A DNA stretch of 64,000 nt, from NCBI GenBank assembly GCA_963755265.1, contig CAVWKV010000093.1, positions 2,772 through 66,771 on the forward strand, read 5' to 3'. The translations under genes were made by a program, and so were the position numbers. Within the stretch, counting starts at the first letter, position 1; the number at the start of each line of letters is the position of its first letter. Below the pieces are notes generated by a model. The model worked only from the letters and a program-made list of their open reading frames with translations, made no database searches and had not been told where the DNA came from. Shown piece after piece: positions 9,012 to 17,281 of the stretch. Source of the stretch: an uncultured Methanomassiliicoccales archaeon. Its GTDB lineage: Archaea > Thermoplasmatota > Thermoplasmata > Methanomassiliicoccales > UBA472.

Positions 9012-9425
9012 ATGGTAGACCTCCTCAGCGCCTCCCAGCTTCTTACGGATCCCTACGCGGTCAAGATACTGGTCGCCACCGTGAGAGTGTCCAAGTGCGC
9101 CCAGGACATATCCCTGCAGTTCGGGATACCGATTGCAGCATGTTACCGAAGGATAAGGGATCTGGAAGGTGCCGGCTTGGTCCTGTGCACCGAAAGAAAG
9201 CTGACCAAGAACGGCAAGCGCGTCAATTACTATGTCTCCATGGTCAAGAGCGCCACCGTCTTCTATGAGGAGGGGAAGCTCAAGGTCAGGTTCCAGATGA
9301 AGGACGGGACATTGGGTTCCCCGAACGACGGTTGGCACGACATCGACGTCGAACGCCGTGAGGATGATCTGCCCCCGGAGGACAAGGATGACAGCCTCGA
9401 GGACGACCCCGGTGACGGCCGTTAA
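9012..9425 (+). CDS. ArsR-like winged-helix DNA-binding protein
   Basis: LLTDPYAVKIL...IPIAACYRRIRDLE...GKRVNYY. ATG at 9012. Confidence 0.8.
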   Translation: MVDLLSASQLLTDPYAVKILVATVRVSKCAQDISLQFGIPIAACYRRIRDLEGAGLVLCTERKLTKNGKRVNYYVSMVKSATVFYEEGKLKVRFQMKDGTLGSPNDGWHDIDVERREDDLPPEDKDDSLEDDPGDGR

Positions 9426-9537
9426 CTCCCTGGCTGGCATAGGCTACGAATCTCGAAGGTTATCGAAAGAGTTATAAATAGTCGTCATTATGTCCAACTC
9501 GCCTTAATTGTCAAATTCACAATTGAGAGTGAGATTT

Positions 9538-10407
9538 ATGACCGAACTGTTAGAGGACCTCGACCAGAAGCGTCAGCTCAACAACAACGAGGCGGAGAAG
9601 CACAGGCGGCTCCGGGATGAACTCAACGAAAAGACGAAAGAATGGGTTCAAAAGAGAGACGAGCTGAACGCAAAGGTCCGTGAACTGGTAGAAGAAGCGG
9701 CGAAGCACCGCGAGACTAGGGACGCATTGAACGAACAGGTCAAGGCAGCTAAGGAAAGCCGCGACCAATGGAACAAGAAGGTCAACGAGCTCAACGAGAA
9801 CGTTACCAAGCTCAAGAAGGACAACCTTCCGCACGAGGGCCCATCGGTCGCTCGCATGAAGAAGGACCTCAAGGCCCTCGAGTTCAAACAGATGACCTCT
9901 TCCCTCACCAAAGAAAAGGAGAAGGAATTGGTCGACCTCATGAAGTCCCTCTCGATGCAAATCAAGGAACGCGAGAAGTCACTAGAACAGAACTCGGACA
10001 TAAAGGGTGCCATTCACGACCTCCGCGAGTCCAAGGACCAGGCCGAAGCGCAACACAAGCTCGTTTCCGAACTGGCAGAGAAGGCGCAGGCGGAACATGA
10101 TGCGATGATCCAGCTCTACGAGAAGGCCGATACCTTAAGGAAGGAAGCGGATGGATCGCAGGAGAAGTTCATCGAGACCAAGGTCAAGGCGGACGATGAG
10201 CACAAGAGGCACATCGAAGCCATCCGTCAGGTGCATGACTATGATAAAATCATCACCGGCTTGAGGCAGAAGGCCCGTAAGGCGAGGAAGAAGAAGGATG
10301 AATCCTCTGCCATGAAGGAAGCCGAAGACATCTTTGACAAATTCAAGAAGGGTGAGAAGCTCAGCACGGAAGACTTGATGACCCTTCAGAAGTCCGGCTA
10401 CCTATAG
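9538..10407 (+). CDS. Conserved archaeal coiled-coil protein (COG1340-like)
   Basis: Heptad-rich K/E sequence with the characteristic C-terminus FKKGEKLSTEDL. Confidence 0.85.
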   Translation: MTELLEDLDQKRQLNNNEAEKHRRLRDELNEKTKEWVQKRDELNAKVRELVEEAAKHRETRDALNEQVKAAKESRDQWNKKVNELNENVTKLKKDNLPHEGPSVARMKKDLKALEFKQMTSSLTKEKEKELVDLMKSLSMQIKEREKSLEQNSDIKGAIHDLRESKDQAEAQHKLVSELAEKAQAEHDAMIQLYEKADTLRKEADGSQEKFIETKVKADDEHKRHIEAIRQVHDYDKIITGLRQKARKARKKKDESSAMKEAEDIFDKFKKGEKLSTEDLMTLQKSGYL

Positions 10408-10535
10408 CCAAAACCCCTTCCATATCAACCTTTTATTTATAGCCATCATTCCAGTGGAAGCGTTGGTTCTTTGATTATCAAACATTGGTTAATTTTAAGA
10501 AAGTCTTATATATTCTGTAATGGATAGTAGTTTTC

Positions 10536-10606
10536 GGGAAGGTCTGGGCTAGTTTTCAGAGTGCATCCCATCCCTTCTGACAAGGCTAGCCCTTCCCAAA
10601 CCTTTT
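10536..10606 (+). ncRNA. Candidate small hairpin RNA
   Basis: TATA-like TTATATAT about 30 nt upstream. Stems GGGAAG/CTTCCC, GGCTAG/CTAGCC and TCAGA/TCTGA, followed by a T-run. Confidence 0.45.
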
Positions 10607-10681
10607 TCCTTCTATCAAGATTTCTATCCGCGCAAAAAGGTTATTATTGGCAGAACCCTACCGCTGCCAGAGGACTTTAGA

Positions 10682-12025
10682 ATGGTGCTTGAGAACCTTG
10701 GTCAATCGTTGCGTGACGTGCTCAAGAAAATAGTCAACGCCAGCAACATCGACGAAAAGCTCGTCAAGGAGATAACCAAGGACATTCAGCGGGCGTTGCT
10801 CCAGGCGGACGTCAATGTCAAGCTGGTCCTGGAGATCACCAAGGAAGTGGAGCGCCGCGCGCTCACCGAGAAGCCGCCGGCGGGCAAGAGCTCAAGGGAG
10901 CACGTGATCCGCATCATCAATGACGAGCTGGTCAAGATCCTCGGAGAACAGAAGACGCTCCCCATACAGAAGCAGACCATCATGATGGTCGGCCTATACG
11001 GTCAAGGCAAGACCACCACGTCCGGCAAGTTAGGTCGCTTCTTTCACAAGAAGGGCATGAAGGTCGGGCTCATCGCCGGTGACGTGTACCGGCCGGCGGC
11101 CTATGACCAGCTTAAGCAGATCGCCGATAAGGTAGGCATCAACTTCTTCGGTATCCCGGGGGAGAAGAACGCCTCGAAGATCGTCTCCGAGGGCATGAAG
11201 GCGTTGGCGAACCAGGATGTCATCATCGTCGACACGTCCGGGCGTCATGCGCTCGAAGCAGACCTGATCCAGGAGATCAAAGACATCGCTGATGTGGCCA
11301 AGCCGACCGAACGCATACTGGTCCTAGACGCATCAGTGGGACAACAGGCCGGCCCTCAGGCCCAGGCATTCCACGACGCGGTCGGCATAACATCCGTCAT
11401 CATCACCAAGATGGACGGAACAGCCAAGGGTGGCGGGGCGCTTAGCGCGGTGGCACGGACCAAGGCGCCCATCGTCTTCATCGGAGTGGGCGAGCACCTG
11501 GAGGACCTGGACCCATTCATCCCGTCGCGTTTCATATCGCGTATGCTGGGCATGGGTGACATGCAGTCGCTGCTTGAGACGGCGAAGGACAACATCAGCG
11601 AAGAGGCGGCGGAAGAGACCACCAAGAAGATCATGTCCGGGAAGTTCACCCTGAGGGAGATGTACGACCAGATGGAAATGCTCTCCAACATGGGTCCGCT
11701 GAAGAAGCTGATGGGCATGTTGCCTGGCATGGCCGGGGGTATGACCGACAAGATTAACGTTGAAGAGTCGCAGGCCAGACTGGCCAAGTACCGCATCATC
11801 ATGGACTCGATGACGGAAGCGGAAATGGAGGAACCCCGACTGATCAAGGGGAACCGCATCAACCGCATCGCCCTCGGTTCGGGAACGGACCCAAAGGATG
11901 TACGTGAACTGATCCATCAGTACAACAATTCCAAGAAGGCCGTCAAGGGCTTCATGGGCAACCGCAAGCTGCGCAAGCAATTGATGAAGCAGGCGGGAAC
12001 GGGTGGTATGGAGGGTCTCGATTGA
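10682..12025 (+). CDS. srp54: Signal recognition particle protein SRP54
   Basis: ADVNVK, GLYGQGKTT, DTSGRH, TKMDGTAKGGGALS and a Met-rich M domain. Confidence 0.97.
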   Translation: MVLENLGQSLRDVLKKIVNASNIDEKLVKEITKDIQRALLQADVNVKLVLEITKEVERRALTEKPPAGKSSREHVIRIINDELVKILGEQKTLPIQKQTIMMVGLYGQGKTTTSGKLGRFFHKKGMKVGLIAGDVYRPAAYDQLKQIADKVGINFFGIPGEKNASKIVSEGMKALANQDVIIVDTSGRHALEADLIQEIKDIADVAKPTERILVLDASVGQQAGPQAQAFHDAVGITSVIITKMDGTAKGGGALSAVARTKAPIVFIGVGEHLEDLDPFIPSRFISRMLGMGDMQSLLETAKDNISEEAAEETTKKIMSGKFTLREMYDQMEMLSNMGPLKKLMGMLPGMAGGMTDKINVEESQARLAKYRIIMDSMTEAEMEEPRLIKGNRINRIALGSGTDPKDVRELIHQYNNSKKAVKGFMGNRKLRKQLMKQAGTGGMEGLD

Positions 12026-12642
12026 GACGGTTCGTGATCGTGGGCCACAAGGCCGTGACCACCGGCGACTTCAAGCTGGACGACATGGCCGGTGGCGCCG
12101 GTCGTTTGGACATCCTTCTGCGCTGCATCAACTCGGCGTTCTTCCTCTCGCACAAATTGCGGCGGGACGTCGAAGTGTATCTCGTCCTTCAAGGTCCGCC
12201 TCAGCCGCCCCGGATGATACGATTGGTCGGATATGAGCTCAAGTACCTGAACCCGGACGAGAGGAGCACCGGGGCGCTGATCAGGAACGCGCTTCTACAG
12301 ACCGGAGAAGGTGAGACAAAGAGTTCTCCCGGCATCTATGTTTCCAACCGTTCTTTTGATGACGTCATAGGCGAACTCTCGAAAACGTCCCAGGTCATCT
12401 ACCTGAAGGAGGACGGGAACGACGTGAGGGAAAACAAGTTCGAAAAGGACGTGACGTTCGTCCTGAGCGATCATTCCGACCTCACCAGCGAGGAGGAGTT
12501 ACAATTGCTGAAGGTGACCCCGGGGGTGATCTGCCTAGGTCCCATCTCGTACCATGCCGACCACTGCATCATCATCATGAACAACGAGCTCGACCGGCGA
12601 AGCGATGGAGGCATCGGCGAGATGCCTGAATCGATTCGGTGA
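12022..12642 (+). CDS. trmY: tRNA (pseudouridine54-N1)-methyltransferase
   Basis: GAGRLDILLRC, LNPDERS, FVLSDH and NELDR (SPOUT fold). Confidence 0.92.
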   Translation: MRRFVIVGHKAVTTGDFKLDDMAGGAGRLDILLRCINSAFFLSHKLRRDVEVYLVLQGPPQPPRMIRLVGYELKYLNPDERSTGALIRNALLQTGEGETKSSPGIYVSNRSFDDVIGELSKTSQVIYLKEDGNDVRENKFEKDVTFVLSDHSDLTSEEELQLLKVTPGVICLGPISYHADHCIIIMNNELDRRSDGGIGEMPESIR

Positions 12643-12686
12643 TTTGATTGGCAAAGTTCTTTTAAGGGCCTTACATTACAAATCCG

Positions 12687-12890
12687 ATGCAGTTCAAGGA
12701 CAAGATCGCCCAACACAAACATTGCCGTGAATGTGGCAAGGCATTCGTCGGGGATGGCAAGTTCTGCTCCGATGAGTGTGGTGGCTCGAACAAGGCGGTC
12801 ATGCAGAAGAAGAAGAAGCAATTGATGCTGCTATACGTGGCCAGCTTCATCGTCCTGATAATTGCGGTCATTCTTGTGGGATTGAAATGA
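12687..12890 (+). CDS. DUF2116-like zinc-ribbon membrane protein
   Basis: HKHCRECG...FCSDEC followed by a C-terminal TM helix. Confidence 0.85.
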   Translation: MQFKDKIAQHKHCRECGKAFVGDGKFCSDECGGSNKAVMQKKKKQLMLLYVASFIVLIIAVILVGLK

Positions 12891-13855
12891 AAGTTGCGGT
12901 CGGCGGCACGTTCAGCGTCTTGCACAAAGGGCACCGAGCCCTGCTCGATAAGGCTTTCGAGGTAGGGGACGAAGTGGCCATCGGCCTCATGTCTGACGAA
13001 TACGCCGCAAAGCACAAGATCAAGATGACCCCGATGGTCGAAAGAAGGGCCGAGGTCATCGAGTATGCCGAGACGAAAGGGAAGCCGTATGCGATCCATG
13101 TCATCGGATCGTCACAGGGAGAGGCCTCCACGGATGCCGGACTGGACGCAATCGTAGTGTCCCCGGAGACCATTGGCAACGCCGCCATCATCAATGCCGA
13201 GAGAGAGCGCCGTGGATTGAAGCGGCTAATGATAGTCCAGATCGGTCATGTCCTGGCGGACGATTATTGCCCGATCAGTTCAACCAGGGTCCTCATGGGG
13301 GAGGTAGACCTGGAAGGACACCTGAACCGGCAGCTGGTCGTCCACGTCGGCTCTGTCAACCCGATAAAGATCGAGGCAGTGCGCAACGTCTTCTCAAAAT
13401 ACTTCAAAGAACTGGAGATCGAAGGCTCCGTCACGCATACCTCCGTGCCGGACGAACCTTGGGAGGACGACGTGAAGCGCGGGGCAAAAGAGCGTGCCTG
13501 GCAGGTTATGCAGAATGCCGACGTTGGAGTCGGCATCGAGGCCGGCCTGTTCCGCCGGGAGGACGGTATCTACGACGTTCAGTACTGTGCCATCCTGGAC
13601 AAGATGGGGCGATACACGTTCGGCACCGGACCTGGTTTCCGGTACCCGTCGATGATGGAGGCCGAGCTGGTGAAGGGCTCGACCGTGGGCGATGTGTTCG
13701 CCGAGAAGATCATGGGTGAGAACCCGGGCCAGCAGGGTGGCGCGATCGGGTACCTAACCAACGGGGTCATGAAGCGGCAGCAGTTGACCGAGTCGGCCGT
13801 GCTGGCCGCGATGGTGCCCCGGATCAACAAAGAGCTATACTTTGAACGGTTCTAG
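12887..13855 (+). CDS. coaD: Phosphopantetheine adenylyltransferase fused to inosine/xanthosine triphosphatase (YjjX/DUF84)
   Basis: GGTFSVLHKGH, VVSPET and ISSTRV, followed by VGSVNPIKIEAV, GIEAG and GAIGYLT. Confidence 0.88.
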   Translation: MKVAVGGTFSVLHKGHRALLDKAFEVGDEVAIGLMSDEYAAKHKIKMTPMVERRAEVIEYAETKGKPYAIHVIGSSQGEASTDAGLDAIVVSPETIGNAAIINAERERRGLKRLMIVQIGHVLADDYCPISSTRVLMGEVDLEGHLNRQLVVHVGSVNPIKIEAVRNVFSKYFKELEIEGSVTHTSVPDEPWEDDVKRGAKERAWQVMQNADVGVGIEAGLFRREDGIYDVQYCAILDKMGRYTFGTGPGFRYPSMMEAELVKGSTVGDVFAEKIMGENPGQQGGAIGYLTNGVMKRQQLTESAVLAAMVPRINKELYFERF

Positions 13856-14086
13856 AGGGCGGGCCTTCTCCCGCCGCTGTTTTACGAAATCCATGTACTG
13901 CTCGAGTGTGCCGCAGTTCCCTTCACCGATGCATTCGAAGCGCCGGTACTTGAGGCAGTAGAATCCTTCTGACGTACTGAACTCACATGGCTTTCGTTTG
14001 TCCGCCCTGCACTTGTCCTTGATACAGCCGAAGCCCTTGTATTGCCCTGTGCATTTGCCGTCCAGGGCGAGGTGGTCGCAGTACAA
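13835..14086 (-). CDS. Small Cys-rich protein, paralog B
   Basis: 8 Cys. Shares G-x-YC-x-KY-x-RF-x-C-x-G-x-x-NC with the adjacent ORF. Confidence 0.7.
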   Translation of the reverse strand: MYCDHLALDGKCTGQYKGFGCIKDKCRADKRKPCEFSTSEGFYCLKYRRFECIGEGNCGTLEQYMDFVKQRREKARPLEPFKV

Positions 14087-14350
14087 TCATTCCACCCCGG
14101 CGCGGAACTTGACCAAAGACCCGAAATAATCTTCGGCGGAGGTACAATTCTCCTTGCCGGCGCAGTAGAAACGTTGGTACTTGGCGCAGTAGAGGCCGTA
14201 CCAGTGCTCTTTAGAGCAGTCATCGTGATACTTATTGTGGCGTATCACATTGGCATGCCTACACGTATCCTCACCGACGCAAGCGGTCGAATCGATCAAG
14301 CCATGGGCGCAACGGTCGCCCCTATAGCGGTACTTGCACAAACGGTCCAT
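14087..14350 (-). CDS. Small Cys-rich protein, paralog A
   Basis: 8 Cys and the same motif. A TTTATA box lies upstream. Alternative TTG start at 14365. Confidence 0.7.
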   Translation of the reverse strand: MDRLCKYRYRGDRCAHGLIDSTACVGEDTCRHANVIRHNKYHDDCSKEHWYGLYCAKYQRFYCAGKENCTSAEDYFGSLVKFRAGVE

Positions 14351-14452
14351 CCCCTTCCGTTCCAAGTGTAAGAGGCATAGTGTTTTCAGAATATAAATAT
14401 ACCCGAATTAAAAAATATCAGCTAACAAGGTCGTTTCTCAAAGAGGCCTATG

Positions 14453-15532
14453 TCAAATCTTCCGAACCAGTGATGTTATCCAAGAGCGTTTCTTCCACAG
14501 GGCACATCCGCCATCCGATTCCATGAGCTGGTCACGGTTCTCCCTTATGGTCCTGAGTAATTTGGAGTTGAGAGCTTCTTTTAATGTCATATCCAGGATA
14601 TTGCTGTCGGTGTACGGGGCAAAGGGACAGGGTTCAAGGCTCCCCGAGGCGGTCATGTAGATAAATCCTCTACCAGCAGACAGGCAGCCTCCAAAGATCT
14701 TCTCCACACCGGGGAATCCGACGTATACGCCGGATCGGCTGTTATGATACGAAATGATTTTTTCAAGCAATCCCTCTCTCTGTTCGGCGGTGATAATCCA
14801 CCCCTCCGTTCCTTCTTTCATAGGATTATATTCCACAAAAATGAATGCCTTGCTGCCATGTTCTCTCATGGAATGAATGAAGTCATCATTGGTGACAACA
14901 TCAAAGTTCGATCTGGTCACGGTAAACGATAAGCCGAAAAAGATGTTACGTTCGTTCAACTTCGCCATGGCTTTCATTAGCCTATCATAAATCCCCATTC
15001 CCCTTCGGAAATCGGTCGTCTCTTCGTGACCCTCCATACTGAGTATGGGAATGACATTCTTTTGTTCTGCGAACTGCTGGACAATGATATCATCAATCAA
15101 CGTTCCATTCGTAAATAGCGGGAAAATTATCTCGGGAAAATCCTTTGTAATCTTGAATATCTCCGATCGGGTCAAAGGTTCACCGCCTACCAGTAAAACG
15201 ATTGAGATGCCCGGCTCGCTTGCCTGCTGCAGGACGTTCCTCAATCCCGCTTCATCTAGCTCGGGTTTTTGCTCATTCTCGATGATCTGTGAATAGCAGC
15301 CTATGCAATGCAGGTTACACATGTTGGTGACGCTGAGGATCATGACGGGCGGTATATGGATTCCATCTTCCTCGTTCTTTGCTCTAACCTTGGCAGCCTT
15401 TTTTTGGGCTAATATGACCTTAACAAAGAATGCCGCCGTTGCTGGATTTTTAATCGATGCGCGCAAAGCATCGTTGAAGACACCATCGATGATGTCGTTG
15501 ATCATCTCATTGACAGTTCCATCGTCTTCCAT
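14453..15532 (-). CDS. Radical SAM protein with SPASM/Twitch-like C-terminus
   Basis: CNLHCIGC (CxxxCxxC), GGEP, FTNG and GCLSAGRG...EPCPF. Confidence 0.9.
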   Translation of the reverse strand: MEDDGTVNEMINDIIDGVFNDALRASIKNPATAAFFVKVILAQKKAAKVRAKNEEDGIHIPPVMILSVTNMCNLHCIGCYSQIIENEQKPELDEAGLRNVLQQASEPGISIVLLVGGEPLTRSEIFKITKDFPEIIFPLFTNGTLIDDIIVQQFAEQKNVIPILSMEGHEETTDFRRGMGIYDRLMKAMAKLNERNIFFGLSFTVTRSNFDVVTNDDFIHSMREHGSKAFIFVEYNPMKEGTEGWIITAEQREGLLEKIISYHNSRSGVYVGFPGVEKIFGGCLSAGRGFIYMTASGSLEPCPFAPYTDSNILDMTLKEALNSKLLRTIRENRDQLMESDGGCALWKKRSWITSLVRKI

Positions 15533-15538
15533 CTTCGA

Positions 15539-15928
15539 TTACCTCTCATTCTTTGTCCTGACCTCTGCGACCATGGCGCACTTGGTGAGGACCTGGAACC
15601 GGGTGAGCGATTGAGGGATCAACACCTTGGCGCAGTTCTTGATCGACATGACGCTGCGGTCGAACGAATCCCAATCAATGTCATCGGCGAACTCCAGAGT
15701 CTTGATGTTATGGAACATGACCGGCCCCTTCAGCGATTCCAGGTCCCTTTTGGAGACCAAGAGGACTGTCAGGTTCCCGATGCGGTAGTTAGTTGTGCCA
15801 ATGTCCTCAACCAGTGCACGCATCACGATGGTGGTGAGCTCGCCTATGGACAGGTCGCGTCTCTTGGCTTCGGCAGTGAATTTGGCGTATACGTCGTCCT
15901 CGATGCCCCTGATCGTCACGTCCGTCAT
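15539..15928 (-). CDS. Hypothetical protein with N-terminal ribbon-helix-helix-like motif
   Basis: VTIRGIEDDVYAKFTAEAKRRDLSIGEL. Confidence 0.7.
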   Translation of the reverse strand: MTDVTIRGIEDDVYAKFTAEAKRRDLSIGELTTIVMRALVEDIGTTNYRIGNLTVLLVSKRDLESLKGPVMFHNIKTLEFADDIDWDSFDRSVMSIKNCAKVLIPQSLTRFQVLTKCAMVAEVRTKNER

Positions 15929-15932
15929 GTGA

Positions 15933-16286
15933 TCAGTTCTTCCTTTTGGTCAGGTCTTTCCGGGTAGCGAAAGCCGCAGTAATAAAAAAGCCACCGACAA
16001 ACATGGCCAATATCGGGAAGACCGAATACCATGGGAAGGCATAGCCGATTATGGCCAGGAACCAGATCGCTCCGAAGACGAACAATCCTGCGCCAACCAC
16101 CGAACCGAACCATCTCAAGGCCCTGCCCTCGCTCGGTTCCATTTGGACCATCGGAACATATGTGTCCATCGGATCGGGCGTTCCCTCTGCCCCCTTAGCC
16201 AGCAGCTGACGCCGCACGTTCTCTCTGAAGTTTGCATCATGACCAAGATCATTTGGGGTCGACGGGCTTGTTGTATCTGTCACCAT
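15933..16286 (-). CDS. Two-TM membrane protein
   Basis: GGTGA RBS before the ATG and two hydrophobic segments. Confidence 0.65.
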   Translation of the reverse strand: MVTDTTSPSTPNDLGHDANFRENVRRQLLAKGAEGTPDPMDTYVPMVQMEPSEGRALRWFGSVVGAGLFVFGAIWFLAIIGYAFPWYSVFPILAMFVGGFFITAAFATRKDLTKRKN

Positions 16287-16456
16287 ATCACCATTGCACC
16301 ATTGTAACAAATGCAACATGTTGTATTAATAATTGACGAAGATGAAGATGCCTTACCGCATTTCAAAGAAATTATCCAAAAAGAGTCCAAAATCAATAAG
16401 TCCCAGACATGCAATATTTTGACAATATTTAACATAAGTTTCATGGGGAAGTTAAC

Positions 16457-17056
16457 ATGAATAAGAAACAAGTCGCAATCATCTCAATTATTGCGATCGT
16501 TGCCGTGGTAATTTCCGGATCATCATCTTTCATGGTCATGTATAACTCCGGAAATGAGAGGCCTATAAAAGGTGGAGCGGACAAGACGGCCCTAACTGTC
16601 AACGACCTGCCGAATGGTTGGAGAGCAAAAGGCATGACCTCTTCCAATTACCAGAATGCTTCAAAACCAGTCGCGTCGGGATGGAATTGGGGGGGTCTTA
16701 GTCTGTTCACTTATACTTATTCATCTAATGGGCGAACTTGGAATCTTTGGATTACGATCAATTCCTGGAACTCGACCGGAATCGCACACGAGCAATATCT
16801 AGGATTGGCCAATGGTGCCGTCAACTTCAATTCAACCTCACTTGACTTAGGGGATGAAAGGTGCATATTCTTACCAAGTTTCCCGTCCAATATAACATTT
16901 ACAAATGAGGCATACGGTGCCACTTACGATTTACGAATTGGCAACGTGATTGTTACGGCAGGGTTTGATGCTCAGGGATCGAACATCTACTACGATACCG
17001 CATGGATGAAAAGTATTTTTGACATAGAGGCAGCCAAGCTCCGTCAGAATGAATAA
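16457..17056 (+). CDS. Membrane-anchored or secreted hypothetical protein
   Basis: N-terminal K-rich plus hydrophobic segment. AT-rich sequence. Confidence 0.7.
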   Translation: MNKKQVAIISIIAIVAVVISGSSSFMVMYNSGNERPIKGGADKTALTVNDLPNGWRAKGMTSSNYQNASKPVASGWNWGGLSLFTYTYSSNGRTWNLWITINSWNSTGIAHEQYLGLANGAVNFNSTSLDLGDERCIFLPSFPSNITFTNEAYGATYDLRIGNVIVTAGFDAQGSNIYYDTAWMKSIFDIEAAKLRQNE

Positions 17057-17151
17057 TCACGACTGTCAAGTTTTATTGCCATTCCAATTATTCTCGTTAT
17101 AAAAGTCGGTAAAAAAAGGCGTGCATTTCCGCATCGTAGGTCTTGAAAAGT

Positions 17152-17241
17152 TGGCGCCGAGGGGGAGATTCGAACTCCCGAGGTACAGAGTACCACCAGC
17201 TCTCAAGGCTGGCGCCGTAATCCGGGCTTAGCTACCTCGGC
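17152..17241 (-). tRNA. tRNA-Ser(TGA), long variable arm, encoded CCA
   Basis: Reverse complement reads GCCGAGG...CCAGC-CT-TGA-GA-GCTGG...GGGAGTTCGAATCTCCCCCTCGGCGCCA. Confidence 0.95.
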
Positions 17242-17281
17242 TTGGGATGCCGGAACATATGTCCGGTTAAGACGTTTGCGC

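Noticed and set aside
10536..10606. SRP RNA next to srp54
   Set aside because: It is far shorter than archaeal 7S RNA and lacks the helix-8 GNRA/SRP54-binding motif.
14087..14089. Selenocysteine at the TGA between the Cys-rich paralogs
   Set aside because: The TGA does not align with a Cys position, an RBS-like GGGGTGG precedes the second start, and no SECIS-like element was recognised.
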